32,000 bases of DNA from Haloferax volcanii DS2 (GCF_000025685.1 NC_013967.1:1260001-1292000); one strand, 5' to 3'; counted from the first letter of the stretch, positions 17,493 through 25,281 are shown. The notes: generated by a model not told the origin, from the sequence alone. Made by a program: numbers and translations.

Positions 17493-18854
17493 TCAGGCGG
17501 CCTCGACTTCGCCCTCGACGACGGCCGTCACCTCGTCGACGAGCGCGTCCACGTCGTCGGCCTCGGAGTACACCCGGATGTATGGCTCCGTGCCGGACGG
17601 GCGGACCAGCGTCCACGACGCGTCGGCAAACTCCAGTCTGACGCCGTACTCGGTGTCGACCGACTCGGGGGCCATCGCCTCGGGGAGCGAGGTTTCGAGC
17701 GCCGCCATCGCCGCCCGCTTGTTCTCGTCGGGGCAGGGGACGCTCACCTTGCGATACGGGCGTTCTGTAACCGGTTCGCGCAGGCCGGCCATGCCGGACT
17801 CGGCGGCGAGGCGAGCGACGAGCGCCGCGGAGGCGACGCCGTCTATCCAACCGCCGAGCGACGGGTGGACGTGCTTCCACGGTTCGGCCGCGAACACCAC
17901 GTCGCCGCCGTCGGCGCGGGCGCTTGCGATGCCCTCGTGGAGCGCGCCGAGGCGGACGCGTTCGACGCGACCCCCGGCCTCGCGGACCCGCTCGTCGATG
18001 CGGCCCGAGGCGTTCGGCGTCGTGACCACGACGGGGTCCTCGGCGTCGGAGACGCGGACGTAGTGCTCGGCGACCATGGCGATGACGGTGTCCTCGTGGA
18101 CGACCTCGCCGTCCCCGTCGATGATGACGATGCGGTCGGCGTCGCCGTCGTGGCCGATGCCGAAGTCGAAGTCGCCGTCGGCGACGAACGCGATGAGGTC
18201 CGCGAGCGTCTCGGGCGTCGGCTTCGACTCGCGCCCGGGGAAGTGGCCGTCTATCTGCCCGTTGAGCGTGACGACGCGCGCGCCGAGGTCGCGGAGGACC
18301 TGCGGCGTGCCGAGCGCCGACATCCCGTTGCCGCAGTCGACGGCGACAGAGAGGCCGTCGAGGTCCGCCCCGTGCTGGCCCGCGAACTCGACGATTGCGT
18401 CGCGGTAGGCGTCGAGGACGCCGCTCGTCCCCGTCGCGCCCCAGTCGTCCCAGTCGGTCGGGGGCGCGTCCGCCCCGACCCGCGTCTCGATGTCGCGTTC
18501 GAGGTCGCGGTCGTACTCCTGACCGTCGACGAACATCTTGATGCCGTTGTCCGTCGGGGGGTTGTGGGAGGCGGTGAGCATGACGCCGCGGCGACCACGC
18601 GAGGCGAACGCGAGCGCCGGGGTCGGGACGACGCCCACCCGGGTCACGTCCGCGCCGGCGGAGAGCAGGCCGGCCTCGACGGCGGCGGCGAGGCCCTGTC
18701 CGGTCGTCCGTCCGTCGCGGCCGACGACGAACTCGGCGGACGCGTCCGATTCGAGCGCGGCGCGGCCGGCGGCGCGGCCGACTCTGAGGGCGAGTTCCGG
18801 CGTGACTCGCTCCGTCGCGCTCCCGCGGATACCGGCGGTGCCGAAGAGTTCCAT
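17493..18854 (-). CDS. phosphohexomutase (phosphoglucosamine mutase / phosphomannomutase family)
   Basis: FGTAGIRG at the N-terminus, catalytic-Ser loop TASHNPPTDNGIK, Mg loop GIGHDGDADR and C-terminal RPSGTEP. Confidence 0.9.
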   Translation of the reverse strand: MELFGTAGIRGSATERVTPELALRVGRAAGRAALESDASAEFVVGRDGRTTGQGLAAAVEAGLLSAGADVTRVGVVPTPALAFASRGRRGVMLTASHNPPTDNGIKMFVDGQEYDRDLERDIETRVGADAPPTDWDDWGATGTSGVLDAYRDAIVEFAGQHGADLDGLSVAVDCGNGMSALGTPQVLRDLGARVVTLNGQIDGHFPGRESKPTPETLADLIAFVADGDFDFGIGHDGDADRIVIIDGDGEVVHEDTVIAMVAEHYVRVSDAEDPVVVTTPNASGRIDERVREAGGRVERVRLGALHEGIASARADGGDVVFAAEPWKHVHPSLGGWIDGVASAALVARLAAESGMAGLREPVTERPYRKVSVPCPDENKRAAMAALETSLPEAMAPESVDTEYGVRLEFADASWTLVRPSGTEPYIRVYSEADDVDALVDEVTAVVEGEVEAA

Positions 18855-19028
18855 AGTCCAGCGTTGACGGGGTCGTACTTAGATGCTGACGGTTCGGGGG
18901 ACGCGTGCGAGGCGGCCGCACGGGACGGTCGGGGGGCGCTCCGAAGACGAAAATCGGCTCCCGGGCGAACCGCCGAATCGACCGGCCGAGGCAGCACGCC
19001 TTTGAGGGCGGGCGTCGAATCGGGAGCC

Positions 19029-19313
19029 ATGAGCGAACACGGTCGAACCCGCGCGCACGTCTACGTCTCGGGACACGTACAGGGCGTCTACTACCGGGCG
19101 ACGACCCGCGACACCGCCCGCGACCGCGGCGTCGACGGCTGGGTGAAGAACCTCTCGGACGGTCGCGTCGAGGCCGTCTTCGAGGGCCCCCGCGACGACG
19201 TGGAGGCGATGGTCGAGTGGTGCCACGAGGGGAGTCCGATGGCGACCGTCGAGGACGTAGACGTTACCTTCGAGGAACCGGACGGCGAGACCGGGTTTCG
19301 CATCGAGCGCTGA
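19029..19313 (+). CDS. acyP: acylphosphatase
   Basis: 94 aa with both family signatures: VSGHVQGVYYR and GWVKNLSDGRVEAVFEG. It forms the C-terminal end of a long spurious 652-aa track ORF. The true ATG is at 19029. Confidence 0.85.
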   Translation: MSEHGRTRAHVYVSGHVQGVYYRATTRDTARDRGVDGWVKNLSDGRVEAVFEGPRDDVEAMVEWCHEGSPMATVEDVDVTFEEPDGETGFRIER

Positions 19314-19392
19314 CCGGAGGAACTCGACAACCGCGCGATAACATCAGCGAGACGGCCAAATCGTTCAAGCGGGGTTCGGGGGACGTGTTCCC

Positions 19393-19632
19393 ATGCGCTT
19401 CCGGACCGACACGCGGGGACTCGGCGTCGCAAAACTGTTCTTCACGCTCGTGACGAGCGCCGGCCTCGGCCTCTCGATGGGCACGTCGTTTCTCATCGTC
19501 CGCGGGCCGTTCCTCGGCGGGCCGTCGCTCGACCCGTTTCCCATGATGGCGGCGCTGGCGGTGTTCGTCGCCGGCATCGTCGTGCTCACGTGGGGGTCGA
19601 CGCGGCTGTTCGGCGTGGGAACCGGCGCGTGA
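19393..19632 (+). CDS. small membrane protein (two predicted TM helices), hypothetical
   Basis: 79 aa with two hydrophobic stretches (LFFTLVTSAGLGLSMG, MMAALAVFVAGIVVLTW). A weak TATA-like TTCAAG lies about 23 nt upstream. No family is recognised. Confidence 0.45.
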   Translation: MRFRTDTRGLGVAKLFFTLVTSAGLGLSMGTSFLIVRGPFLGGPSLDPFPMMAALAVFVAGIVVLTWGSTRLFGVGTGA

Positions 19633-19644
19633 TCGGGGGCCGAC

Positions 19645-20088
19645 TCACGCGGGTCGGTCGACGCCGAGTTCGGCCATCGCCCGAACCACGACGTGGGCCT
19701 CCACGAGGTCGCGTTCCTCGACCATCGGGTCGTCGGCGTCGTCGATGACGGCGCGGGCCTCGGCGAGCAGACGGTCTTCCTGTTCGGTCTGGTCGGGTTC
19801 GTCGCGGGTGCTGTTCAGGAGCGCCTCGAAGTCCTCGCGGATGCTGAAGTCCGCGCGGGCGACGTTACACCGCGAGAGGGGGTGCATGCCGAGGTCCAAC
19901 ACCAACTCGGTGACGAGTTCCCAGTCGCTCTCGCAGAACTGGAGCGTCACGTCCCCGACGATGTCGCGCCACGCGATGGGGGCGGCGTTCTCCATGAGCG
20001 TCACCGCCCGCGGAGGGACCGCGATGCGAGCGACGGTCTTCGGGTCGTCGCAGAGACAGCAGGGCTGGTCCGTCCTGCCGGTGTACAT
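19645..20088 (-). CDS. hypothetical acidic protein
   Basis: I take ATG 20088 (MYTGRTDQPCCLCDD...) as the start. Downstream of it the product is acidic and halophile-like. The 99 codons upstream in the same frame (to 20385) are Arg/Pro/Cys-rich and look non-coding. Confidence 0.5.
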   Translation of the reverse strand: MYTGRTDQPCCLCDDPKTVARIAVPPRAVTLMENAAPIAWRDIVGDVTLQFCESDWELVTELVLDLGMHPLSRCNVARADFSIREDFEALLNSTRDEPDQTEQEDRLLAEARAVIDDADDPMVEERDLVEAHVVVRAMAELGVDRPA

Positions 20089-20202
20089 ACGCGGGGTTAG
20101 GATGGGTCGCAGATGTAGCTTCGGGCCGGAGAGCCGGGGCTCGAAATCGGGCGGGAACGGGCGACGCGCCGACCGAGGCAGCCGCTCAGTACGTGGAAAC
20201 GG

Positions 20203-20238
20203 TCGGGTTCGAGCCCGGGGCGGGGTCGTCGAACCCGA
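20203..20238. repeat. perfect 10-bp inverted repeat with a 16-nt loop (TCGGGTTCGA...TCGAACCCGA)
   Basis: Read directly: 20203-20212 is the exact reverse complement of 20229-20238. GAGGCAGC octamers flank it at 20175 and 20242. Confidence 0.8.
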
Positions 20239-20433
20239 GTAGAGGCAGCGGGAGGCGCGACCGACTGCGTGCTGGCACTGAATCACGCATTGGGCTGGGC
20301 TGGGTATTCTGTGGTGGCGGCAGCGGCCACGCCACCTATTCGATTGAACACTGCACATAAATATCTTCTCCTCCGAGAATACCACACACTATTGTTGACT
20401 ATATACTAGTGTGCTTCCAGCTATCGTGAATAA

Positions 20434-21267
20434 TTATGCATGGTTGTCAAACTCTGTTCGCGGAGGTGGCCCGTCCGTCGGGACGCGAATCGCCATCTCC
20501 AGTCCGACGGCATCTGTCGGCGGGTCGCTCGGGAGCGTTGCGAGCGGGCGTCGGGCCGCGGCGGCGAGGACGAGCGCGTCGAGCACGTCGTCGCGGGCCA
20601 CGTCGCGGCGGAGCGTCCGGTCCAGCGTCTCGCGGTAGGCGCGCTCGGCGTCGAACTCCCGGTCGTCGGTCGCGTCGGCTTCCGAACCGTCGTCGCTGTC
20701 GTCATCGCCGTCACCGTTCCGACCATCGCATCCGCCGAACGCCGTCCCGAGCACGTCGAGACGGCGGGCGCGCCCCTCGGGCGTCGACTTCGGTTCCGGG
20801 AGGGGGTCGCCGGCGAACGCGGCGAACGCGAGTTCGGGATGGGATTCGAACACTCGGCTTCGGGCGCGCGACGCCTCGCGGAGAACGGCGTCGGCCTCGC
20901 GAATCTTGGGCACGAGGTGCCACGCCTGAATCGAGAGACCCGCCCCGGTCCGCTCGCGGTTCGCCGCGCTGGCCGCCTCGTGGGAATCGGCGTCGAGGAC
21001 GGACCGAACGGGCGCGAAGAAGACGGTCGCGGCGCGGGAGCCGAGCCGCTCGCGGGCCGCCCGGTCGCACGCGCGGCGGTCGGATTCGGGCAGCCCGATG
21101 GGGATATCGACGAGCACCCGCCGGGCGTCTCGCTCGCGGGCGAGGTCCCAGACGGCGTCGAAGTCCGCGACGACTCGCACGCTGAGGCCGTCGCCGGCGA
21201 CGGCGCACACCCAGCCGGCCCGACAGCCGTCGACGCCGACCGCGGGGGAAACGCATCGCTGTGGCAC
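20434..21267 (-). CDS. DUF429-family protein (predicted RNase H-like fold)
   Basis: GVDGCRAGWV, VLVDIPIGLP, RACDRAARERLG, LSIQAW.LVPKIRE.D, ESHPELAF and DDVLDALVLA all follow the DUF429 consensus as I recall it. Confidence 0.75.
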   Translation of the reverse strand: MPQRCVSPAVGVDGCRAGWVCAVAGDGLSVRVVADFDAVWDLARERDARRVLVDIPIGLPESDRRACDRAARERLGSRAATVFFAPVRSVLDADSHEAASAANRERTGAGLSIQAWHLVPKIREADAVLREASRARSRVFESHPELAFAAFAGDPLPEPKSTPEGRARRLDVLGTAFGGCDGRNGDGDDDSDDGSEADATDDREFDAERAYRETLDRTLRRDVARDDVLDALVLAAAARRPLATLPSDPPTDAVGLEMAIRVPTDGPPPRTEFDNHA

Positions 21268-21307
21268 GGGCCGAGCTACGTCGTGGAGCGAGAGAAAAGC
21301 TCTGGGT

Positions 21308-21985
21308 TCAGGAGTCGAGCGCCACGGCCGACATCTGCCGACAGGAATCGCGGAGTTCGTTGAGCGTCACGTCGATGCTCGCGTCGAGCGAGACGAGCAG
21401 TTTCACGCCGTCTTCGAGCGGCACCCGGACGATGAGCGTGTTGTCGATGGCGAACGCGACGAGCTCCGGCCCGCCGATAGGCAGGTCTTCGAGCGGTTGG
21501 TCGATGGCCTCCTCGTTCGTGAGCGTCGCGACGAGCGTCTTGACGGTGTCCTCGTCGTAGCGGTCGAGAAGCGACTGCTCGAAGAAGCGAATCCGCGTCT
21601 GCACCGGCTCACACCACGCGACCGCTCGGAGTGCGTCCCCGTACGCCTCCCGTAACTCCGAGGTCAGTTCGGGCGCGGGAAACTCGCCGTCGTCGACGAC
21701 GGTAATCTCGGCCTCCTGGTCGAGGGCGACCCGCTCGTAGGCGAGTTCACCGAGGTCCGTCAGCCCGTAGAGACGCCCTTTCTGTTGCGACTCGGGAACC
21801 AACAGTTCGACGATGCCCCGCTCCCGAAGTTCGGAGAGCGCCCGAGACACGTGCGGCTGTGCGAGGTCGGACTCCGCCGCGATTCGAGACGGCAGTCCCG
21901 ACCCGTGCTCCGAGAGATATCGGCACACGGCCAGTCGGTACCGTGAGCTTGCGATATACCCCGCGGAATCCCACGTCTCGGTCAT
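21308..21985 (-). CDS. winged-helix transcriptional regulator (ArsR/MarR-like HTH) with an uncharacterised C-terminal domain
   Basis: N-terminal SSRYRLAVCRYLSEHGSGLPSRIAAESDLAQPHVSRALSELRERGIVELL....KGRLYGLTDLG is a typical archaeal wHTH. I take the start at ATG 21985 (MTETWDS). The track ORF extends to 22051. Confidence 0.75.
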   Translation of the reverse strand: MTETWDSAGYIASSRYRLAVCRYLSEHGSGLPSRIAAESDLAQPHVSRALSELRERGIVELLVPESQQKGRLYGLTDLGELAYERVALDQEAEITVVDDGEFPAPELTSELREAYGDALRAVAWCEPVQTRIRFFEQSLLDRYDEDTVKTLVATLTNEEAIDQPLEDLPIGGPELVAFAIDNTLIVRVPLEDGVKLLVSLDASIDVTLNELRDSCRQMSAVALDS

Positions 21986-22342
21986 ATACGAGACTCTCCG
22001 CTGGTCGTTTTCATCATGATTGACACGTCCCGCTTTGATATGCAATGGCAAGTGGGGTATATCTTTCGAGGGTCGGACAACACTACCATATACGGTCCGA
22101 GAACGGAACGTTCAGACACTCCCGAACCCCGAATGTGCCTCGACCGGAATGCACCGTCGGTTCGCAGCGCGCTGTTTGGCCCGCGGGTGACGCCGCCGTA
22201 ACCGGCTACCTGCGCGGTTACCCGGTGACACATATGTCAGCAAACACATATATCAGTTCGGTCTCGTACCAGGTAACGCAATGATAGTAGTACTCCGGAC
22301 GACGGACCGCCGCACGACCGCCGACGCGACGGAGGTGCCGAG

Positions 22343-22774
22343 ATGAGCGTCGCGCTCCAGTTCGCGTCCCCCGGCGCGGACATCGCGTTCCTCCTCGCGC
22401 GAGTCCTCTTCGGCGCGGTGCTCGCGTTCATGGGGCTCAACCACTTCCTGAACCTCGACCACATGACCGGCTACGCGGAGATGAAGGGCCTGCCGGCCCC
22501 CCGCCTCGGCGTCGTCGTCTCCGGCGGGATGCTCGTCTTCGGCGGCCTCGGAATCGCGCTCGGCGTCTTCCCCGCGCTCGCCGCCGGTGCCGTCGCCGTC
22601 TTCCTCATCGTGGGGACGCCGGTGTTCCACGACTTCTGGGCGGTCCCCGAGGACCAACGGGAGTCCGAGATGACCGGCTTCCTGAAGAACCTCGTCATGC
22701 TCGGCGGCGCGCTCGTCTTCCTCGCGCTCAGCGGAACGACGTGGTCCTACGCCATCGGCCTGACGCTGTTCTGA
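22343..22774 (+). CDS. DoxX family membrane protein
   Basis: 143 aa with four hydrophobic helices. LLARVLFGAVLAFMGLNHF and the F.KNL.M.GGAL ending are typical of DoxX. GGAGGTG lies 6-12 nt upstream of the ATG. Confidence 0.8.
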   Translation: MSVALQFASPGADIAFLLARVLFGAVLAFMGLNHFLNLDHMTGYAEMKGLPAPRLGVVVSGGMLVFGGLGIALGVFPALAAGAVAVFLIVGTPVFHDFWAVPEDQRESEMTGFLKNLVMLGGALVFLALSGTTWSYAIGLTLF

Positions 22775-22919
22775 CCGGGCCGAACCGACGCCGTCCCACA
22801 GATTCATCGGCCTCCGAGCCCACCACACACTCATTCGTGACCGACGCAATACCGGATTCCACACGCTCTCGTCGCCCGCCGAGTAGCCGACCCCGACCGC
22901 CCGCGGCGGGGGGTCGCTG

Positions 22920-23501
22920 ATGGACGGCGCGCCCGACGCCTTCGGCTCGCCGTACCGCCTGCTTTCGGGAGCCGTCGTCCCGCGGCCCATCGCGTGGGTG
23001 AGCACCCGCGGCGACGACGCCGACAACCTCGCGCCGTACAGTTTCTCCACCGTCGCCAGCGTCGACCCACCGGTGCTCGTCTTCGCGCCGGTCGGCCGCG
23101 GGCCGTCGCTGAAGGACACGCCGCGAAACGCCATCTCGCGCGGCGAGTTCGTCGTCAACGTCGTCACCCGCGACCTCGTGGAAGCGATGAACGAGACCGC
23201 CGCGACGGTCCCGCCGGGCGTCGACGAGTTCGACCACGCCGGCATCGAGAAGGCCGAGGCCGTTCGGGTCGACGCCCCGCGCGTCGCCGACGCCAACGTC
23301 GCCTTCGAGTGCACGCTCTACGACAGCATGGAGGTCGGCTCCTCGACGCTCGTCCTGGGAGAGGTCGTCCACGCGCACGTCGCCGACGAGGTGCTGACCG
23401 ACGGCAAACTCGACACGAGGAAGCTCGATGCGGTCGGCCGCCTCGCGGGCAACGAGTACGCGACGACGGACGACCGGTTCGAACTCGTCCGCCCGGACTG
23501 A
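22920..23501 (+). CDS. flavin reductase-like FMN-binding protein
   Basis: VPRPIAWVST....D.NLAPYSFF-type N-terminus (here NLAPYSFSTV), DT..N and a GE.V..HV ending match the flavin reductase domain family layout. Confidence 0.8.
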   Translation: MDGAPDAFGSPYRLLSGAVVPRPIAWVSTRGDDADNLAPYSFSTVASVDPPVLVFAPVGRGPSLKDTPRNAISRGEFVVNVVTRDLVEAMNETAATVPPGVDEFDHAGIEKAEAVRVDAPRVADANVAFECTLYDSMEVGSSTLVLGEVVHAHVADEVLTDGKLDTRKLDAVGRLAGNEYATTDDRFELVRPD

Positions 23502-23506
23502 CCTGT

Positions 23507-23538
23507 TCCGACGAACCCGCTCCGACGAACCCGCTCCG
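23507..23538. repeat. 14-nt tandem duplication (TCCGACGAACCCGC x2 plus a partial copy)
   Basis: Copies at 23507-23520 and 23521-23534 are identical. TCCG at 23535-23538 begins a third. The repeat starts 6 nt after the flavin reductase stop. Confidence 0.85.
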
Positions 23539-23580
23539 GCTGCCCGCCCGTTATCGTGAGTTGATAATGGGGCGCGAAGC

Positions 23581-23586
23581 TTTATC
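23581..23586 (+). promoter_or_regulatory. TATA box for the acidic C-terminally anchored protein gene
   Basis: TTTATC, with 25 nt to ATG 23612. Confidence 0.45.
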
Positions 23587-23611
23587 GAGAGACACAGAGT
23601 CTTTTGAACCA

Positions 23612-24265
23612 ATGAGCGACGTGTCGTTGTCGAGCGTACTTTCGTTTCTCGATACTGATGACGCGGCAACCGTCGTCGAGCGAGTCCGTGCGGCCCGCGG
23701 GGAGCGGACGAAACGGAGCGACCGCGACGGGCGGACGTTCCTCTTTTCGGCCCCCGGAGACGAGTCGCAGCCGACCGAAGTCGTCTGGATAGACGTGGAA
23801 GCCGCGTTCGACGCCCGGAGCGTCGAGGCGTTCGCCGAGCGCTGCGCCGACCGCGGCATCGACGGGACGCTCCTGACGACCGGCGACGAGGAGCAGGCCA
23901 TGGAGACGCTCGCCCTCGCGTTCGCGGCCGACGACCAACTCGACGAACCCGACGAGGACGGCGACCGAGCGCTCCTCGTCGACCCAGACGAGGTCGAACG
24001 CCCCATCGACCTCGTGGCGCTTCCCGACCTCGTAGACGCGCTCGAAGACGCCGACCTCGACGAGGACGTCATCGACGAGTATCACGAGCCACACGAACCG
24101 GAGTTCGAGGAGATTCTCGACGAGATAGACGCCGAGGAAGCCCGCGCCGCGGCGGAGGCGGACGAAGCCGAAAACGCCGGTTCCGGTCGGACGCTCGCGC
24201 TCCTCGTCGCGGCCGTCGTCGTGGTGGCGGTCGTCGCCGCGCTCGTCCTGTTCGGCCCGTTCTGA
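23612..24265 (+). CDS. very acidic protein with a C-terminal transmembrane anchor, function unknown
   Basis: 217 aa from ATG 23612 (MSDVSLSS...). The long Asp/Glu-rich linker (DEPDEDGD..., EEILDEIDAEEARAAAEADEAE) ends in TLALLVAAVVVVAVVAALVLFGPF. It is the 3' part of a 423-aa track ORF whose 5' part is a shadow frame of the flavin reductase gene. Confidence 0.6.
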   Translation: MSDVSLSSVLSFLDTDDAATVVERVRAARGERTKRSDRDGRTFLFSAPGDESQPTEVVWIDVEAAFDARSVEAFAERCADRGIDGTLLTTGDEEQAMETLALAFAADDQLDEPDEDGDRALLVDPDEVERPIDLVALPDLVDALEDADLDEDVIDEYHEPHEPEFEEILDEIDAEEARAAAEADEAENAGSGRTLALLVAAVVVVAVVAALVLFGPF

Positions 24266-24316
24266 GCGGCTCTGGCTCGGTTTCGAACTCACGCGCTCCC
24301 GTGTTCTCGACCCGCC

Positions 24317-24757
24317 TCACCCGCGAGCGCGCCGCTTCGCGAGTCGCTCGATTCGGCGCAGCGCGACCGCACAGACCGCGGCGTACGGCCCCGCGAGCAC
24401 GGGAACTTCGAACGAAACCGAACATCGTTCGGGACCGACCGGGTCGACGCGGTGCCCCGTCGCCGGTACGCCGGCCACGCGCCACGTCCACCGACGGGAC
24501 TCGTCGTCGCACGTCTCGATGCTGAACGGGACCCAGACGCCGGCGACGCGGACCTCGCCGCGACTCCCCGCCTCGATTCCTCCGTCGACGCCGCGGACGC
24601 CCGACACGCTCGGTCCCCAGTCGGGCCAGTCTGCGACCGACACCAACACGTCCCACGCCGCCGCCGCGGGAGCCGAAATCCGCCGAGAGACGACCAGACG
24701 ACGCCCGCCAGGCGTTCGCTCCACGCGCGTTCGGGTCCGACTCGACGCTCCCCTCAT
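24317..24757 (-). CDS. SRPBCC (START/polyketide-cyclase-like) family protein
   Basis: 146 aa from ATG 24757. WDVLVSVADWPDWGPSV and a beta-rich remainder fit the SRPBCC ligand-binding fold pattern. A TATA box lies 24 nt upstream. Confidence 0.6.
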   Translation of the reverse strand: MRGASSRTRTRVERTPGGRRLVVSRRISAPAAAAWDVLVSVADWPDWGPSVSGVRGVDGGIEAGSRGEVRVAGVWVPFSIETCDDESRRWTWRVAGVPATGHRVDPVGPERCSVSFEVPVLAGPYAAVCAVALRRIERLAKRRARG

Positions 24758-24781
24758 ATCTCCTAGTATGCTAATAAGTCG

Positions 24782-24789
24782 TAATATAA
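24782..24789 (-). promoter_or_regulatory. TATA box for the SRPBCC gene
   Basis: The - strand reads TTATATTA, with 24 nt to ATG 24757. Confidence 0.45.
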
Positions 24790-24802
24790 CACCGCCGAAA
24801 TC

Positions 24803-24820
24803 TTTATCCACGAATCGTGG
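24803..24820 (+). promoter_or_regulatory. TATA-like box (TTTATC) overlapping a 6-1-6 palindrome CCACGAaTCGTGG
   Basis: TTTATC is at 24803-24808. The palindrome at 24808-24820 sits between the box and the expected transcription start, an operator-like position. ATG 24842 follows about 33 nt after the box. Confidence 0.35.
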
Positions 24821-24841
24821 TAGCAACTACCAAGGCAACAC

Positions 24842-24961
24842 ATGAGCAACACAAGTGACCGCCCGAATGCGACGATGCGAGACGTCAGCCACACACCGCC
24901 CACAGGCGAGAGCGTCACGAACGTCTGGGAGCGAGGACACGAATCCGAGTCCACGGAATAA
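24842..24961 (+). CDS. candidate 39-codon micro-ORF (MSNTSDRPNATMRDVSHTPPTGESVTNVWERGHESESTE)
   Basis: ATG 24842 to TAA 24959-24961. The product is net acidic, and a TATA-like box sits at a suitable distance. I have no homology evidence, so this is tentative. Confidence 0.25.
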   Translation: MSNTSDRPNATMRDVSHTPPTGESVTNVWERGHESESTE

Positions 24962-25007
24962 GCCGGGCAGAACCACTCGCACGACGACGAACAGCAACAA
25001 ACCGACC

Positions 25008-25045
25008 GCATCGTAACGAACCGACTGCACCGTAACGAACCGACT
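25008..25045. repeat. 19-nt tandem repeat, two copies (GCAYCGTAACGAACCGACT)
   Basis: 25008-25026 and 25027-25045 differ at one base. The junction motif CCGACYGCAYCG recurs at 25002, 25021 and 25122. Confidence 0.85.
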
Positions 25046-25077
25046 AACCAACCAATCGGAGCGAATCCAGCTACTCA

Positions 25078-25101
25078 ACCACGATACCGTCACCACGATA
25101 C
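25078..25101. repeat. 10-nt direct repeat ACCACGATAC, two copies with a 14-nt period
   Basis: 25078-25087 and 25092-25101 are identical. Confidence 0.8.
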
Positions 25102-25143
25102 GACGACACACACACAACCGACCGACTGCATCGAACTCGACCG

Positions 25144-25157
25144 TCTCCCGCGGGAGA
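25144..25157. repeat. perfect 14-nt palindrome TCTCCCGCGGGAGA
   Basis: Self-complementary when read directly. An alternative 7-bp pairing exists between GTCTCCC (25143-25149) and GGGAGAC (25158-25164). Confidence 0.8.
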
Positions 25158-25199
25158 GGGAGACCGTGCCACCTTCCTGCGCACCGATTGCGACCGACC

Positions 25200-25223
25200 C
25201 GCGCCGGCCGTCCCGCCGGCGCG
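25200..25223. repeat. GC hairpin, 9-bp stem CGCGCCGGC / GCCGGCGCG with a 6-nt loop
   Basis: Read directly. It lies about 60 nt upstream of the mvaD TATA box. Confidence 0.75.
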
Positions 25224-25281
25224 CACTCGATTTCCGACCGACTTTCACCGTGAGCCGCCGGAGCCGACGCCTATCGGGACG

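Noticed and set aside
20195-20245. GGGTTCGAGCCC, which looks like a tRNA T-arm, in a non-coding spacer.
   Set aside because: No 5-bp T-stem can be drawn around a 7-nt T-loop: TCGGG/CCGGG has an internal G-G mismatch. I could build no acceptor, D or anticodon arms from the flanks. The sequence is instead one arm of a 10-bp inverted repeat. A similar GGGTTCGAATCGG inside the APH-like CDS (about 30697) also lacks a matching stem.
19645-20385. The full 246-aa version of the minus-strand ORF, which would make the 20089-20385 region coding.
   Set aside because: The 99 N-terminal codons (MVFSEEKIFMCSVQSNRWRGRCRHHRIPS...) are basic and Cys/Arg/Pro-rich, unlike the acidic remainder. I therefore take ATG 20088 as the start and treat the upstream part as non-coding.
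22281-22346. A 21-codon upstream ORF (MIVVLRTTDRRTTADATEVPR) whose stop overlaps the DoxX ATG as ATGA.
   Set aside because: There is no ribosome-binding or TATA support for it. It is short and basic, and its position is equally explained as the 5' leader carrying the DoxX Shine-Dalgarno sequence. It is kept only as a remote possibility.
24827-25117. A 96-aa minus-strand ORF (MCVCRRIVVTVSWLSS...) covering the A+C-rich spacer.
   Set aside because: It is Val/Arg/Cys-rich and basic, with no family signature and no promoter-like element. It simply mirrors the G+T-rich complement of the CA-rich tract.
25002-25146. Short direct repeats (19-nt and 10-nt units) as a possible degenerate CRISPR array.
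   Set aside because: There are only two to three copies. The units are directly tandem or 4 nt apart, with no spacer-sized (30-40 nt) unique inserts. The units are too short, and no cas genes or leader are nearby.
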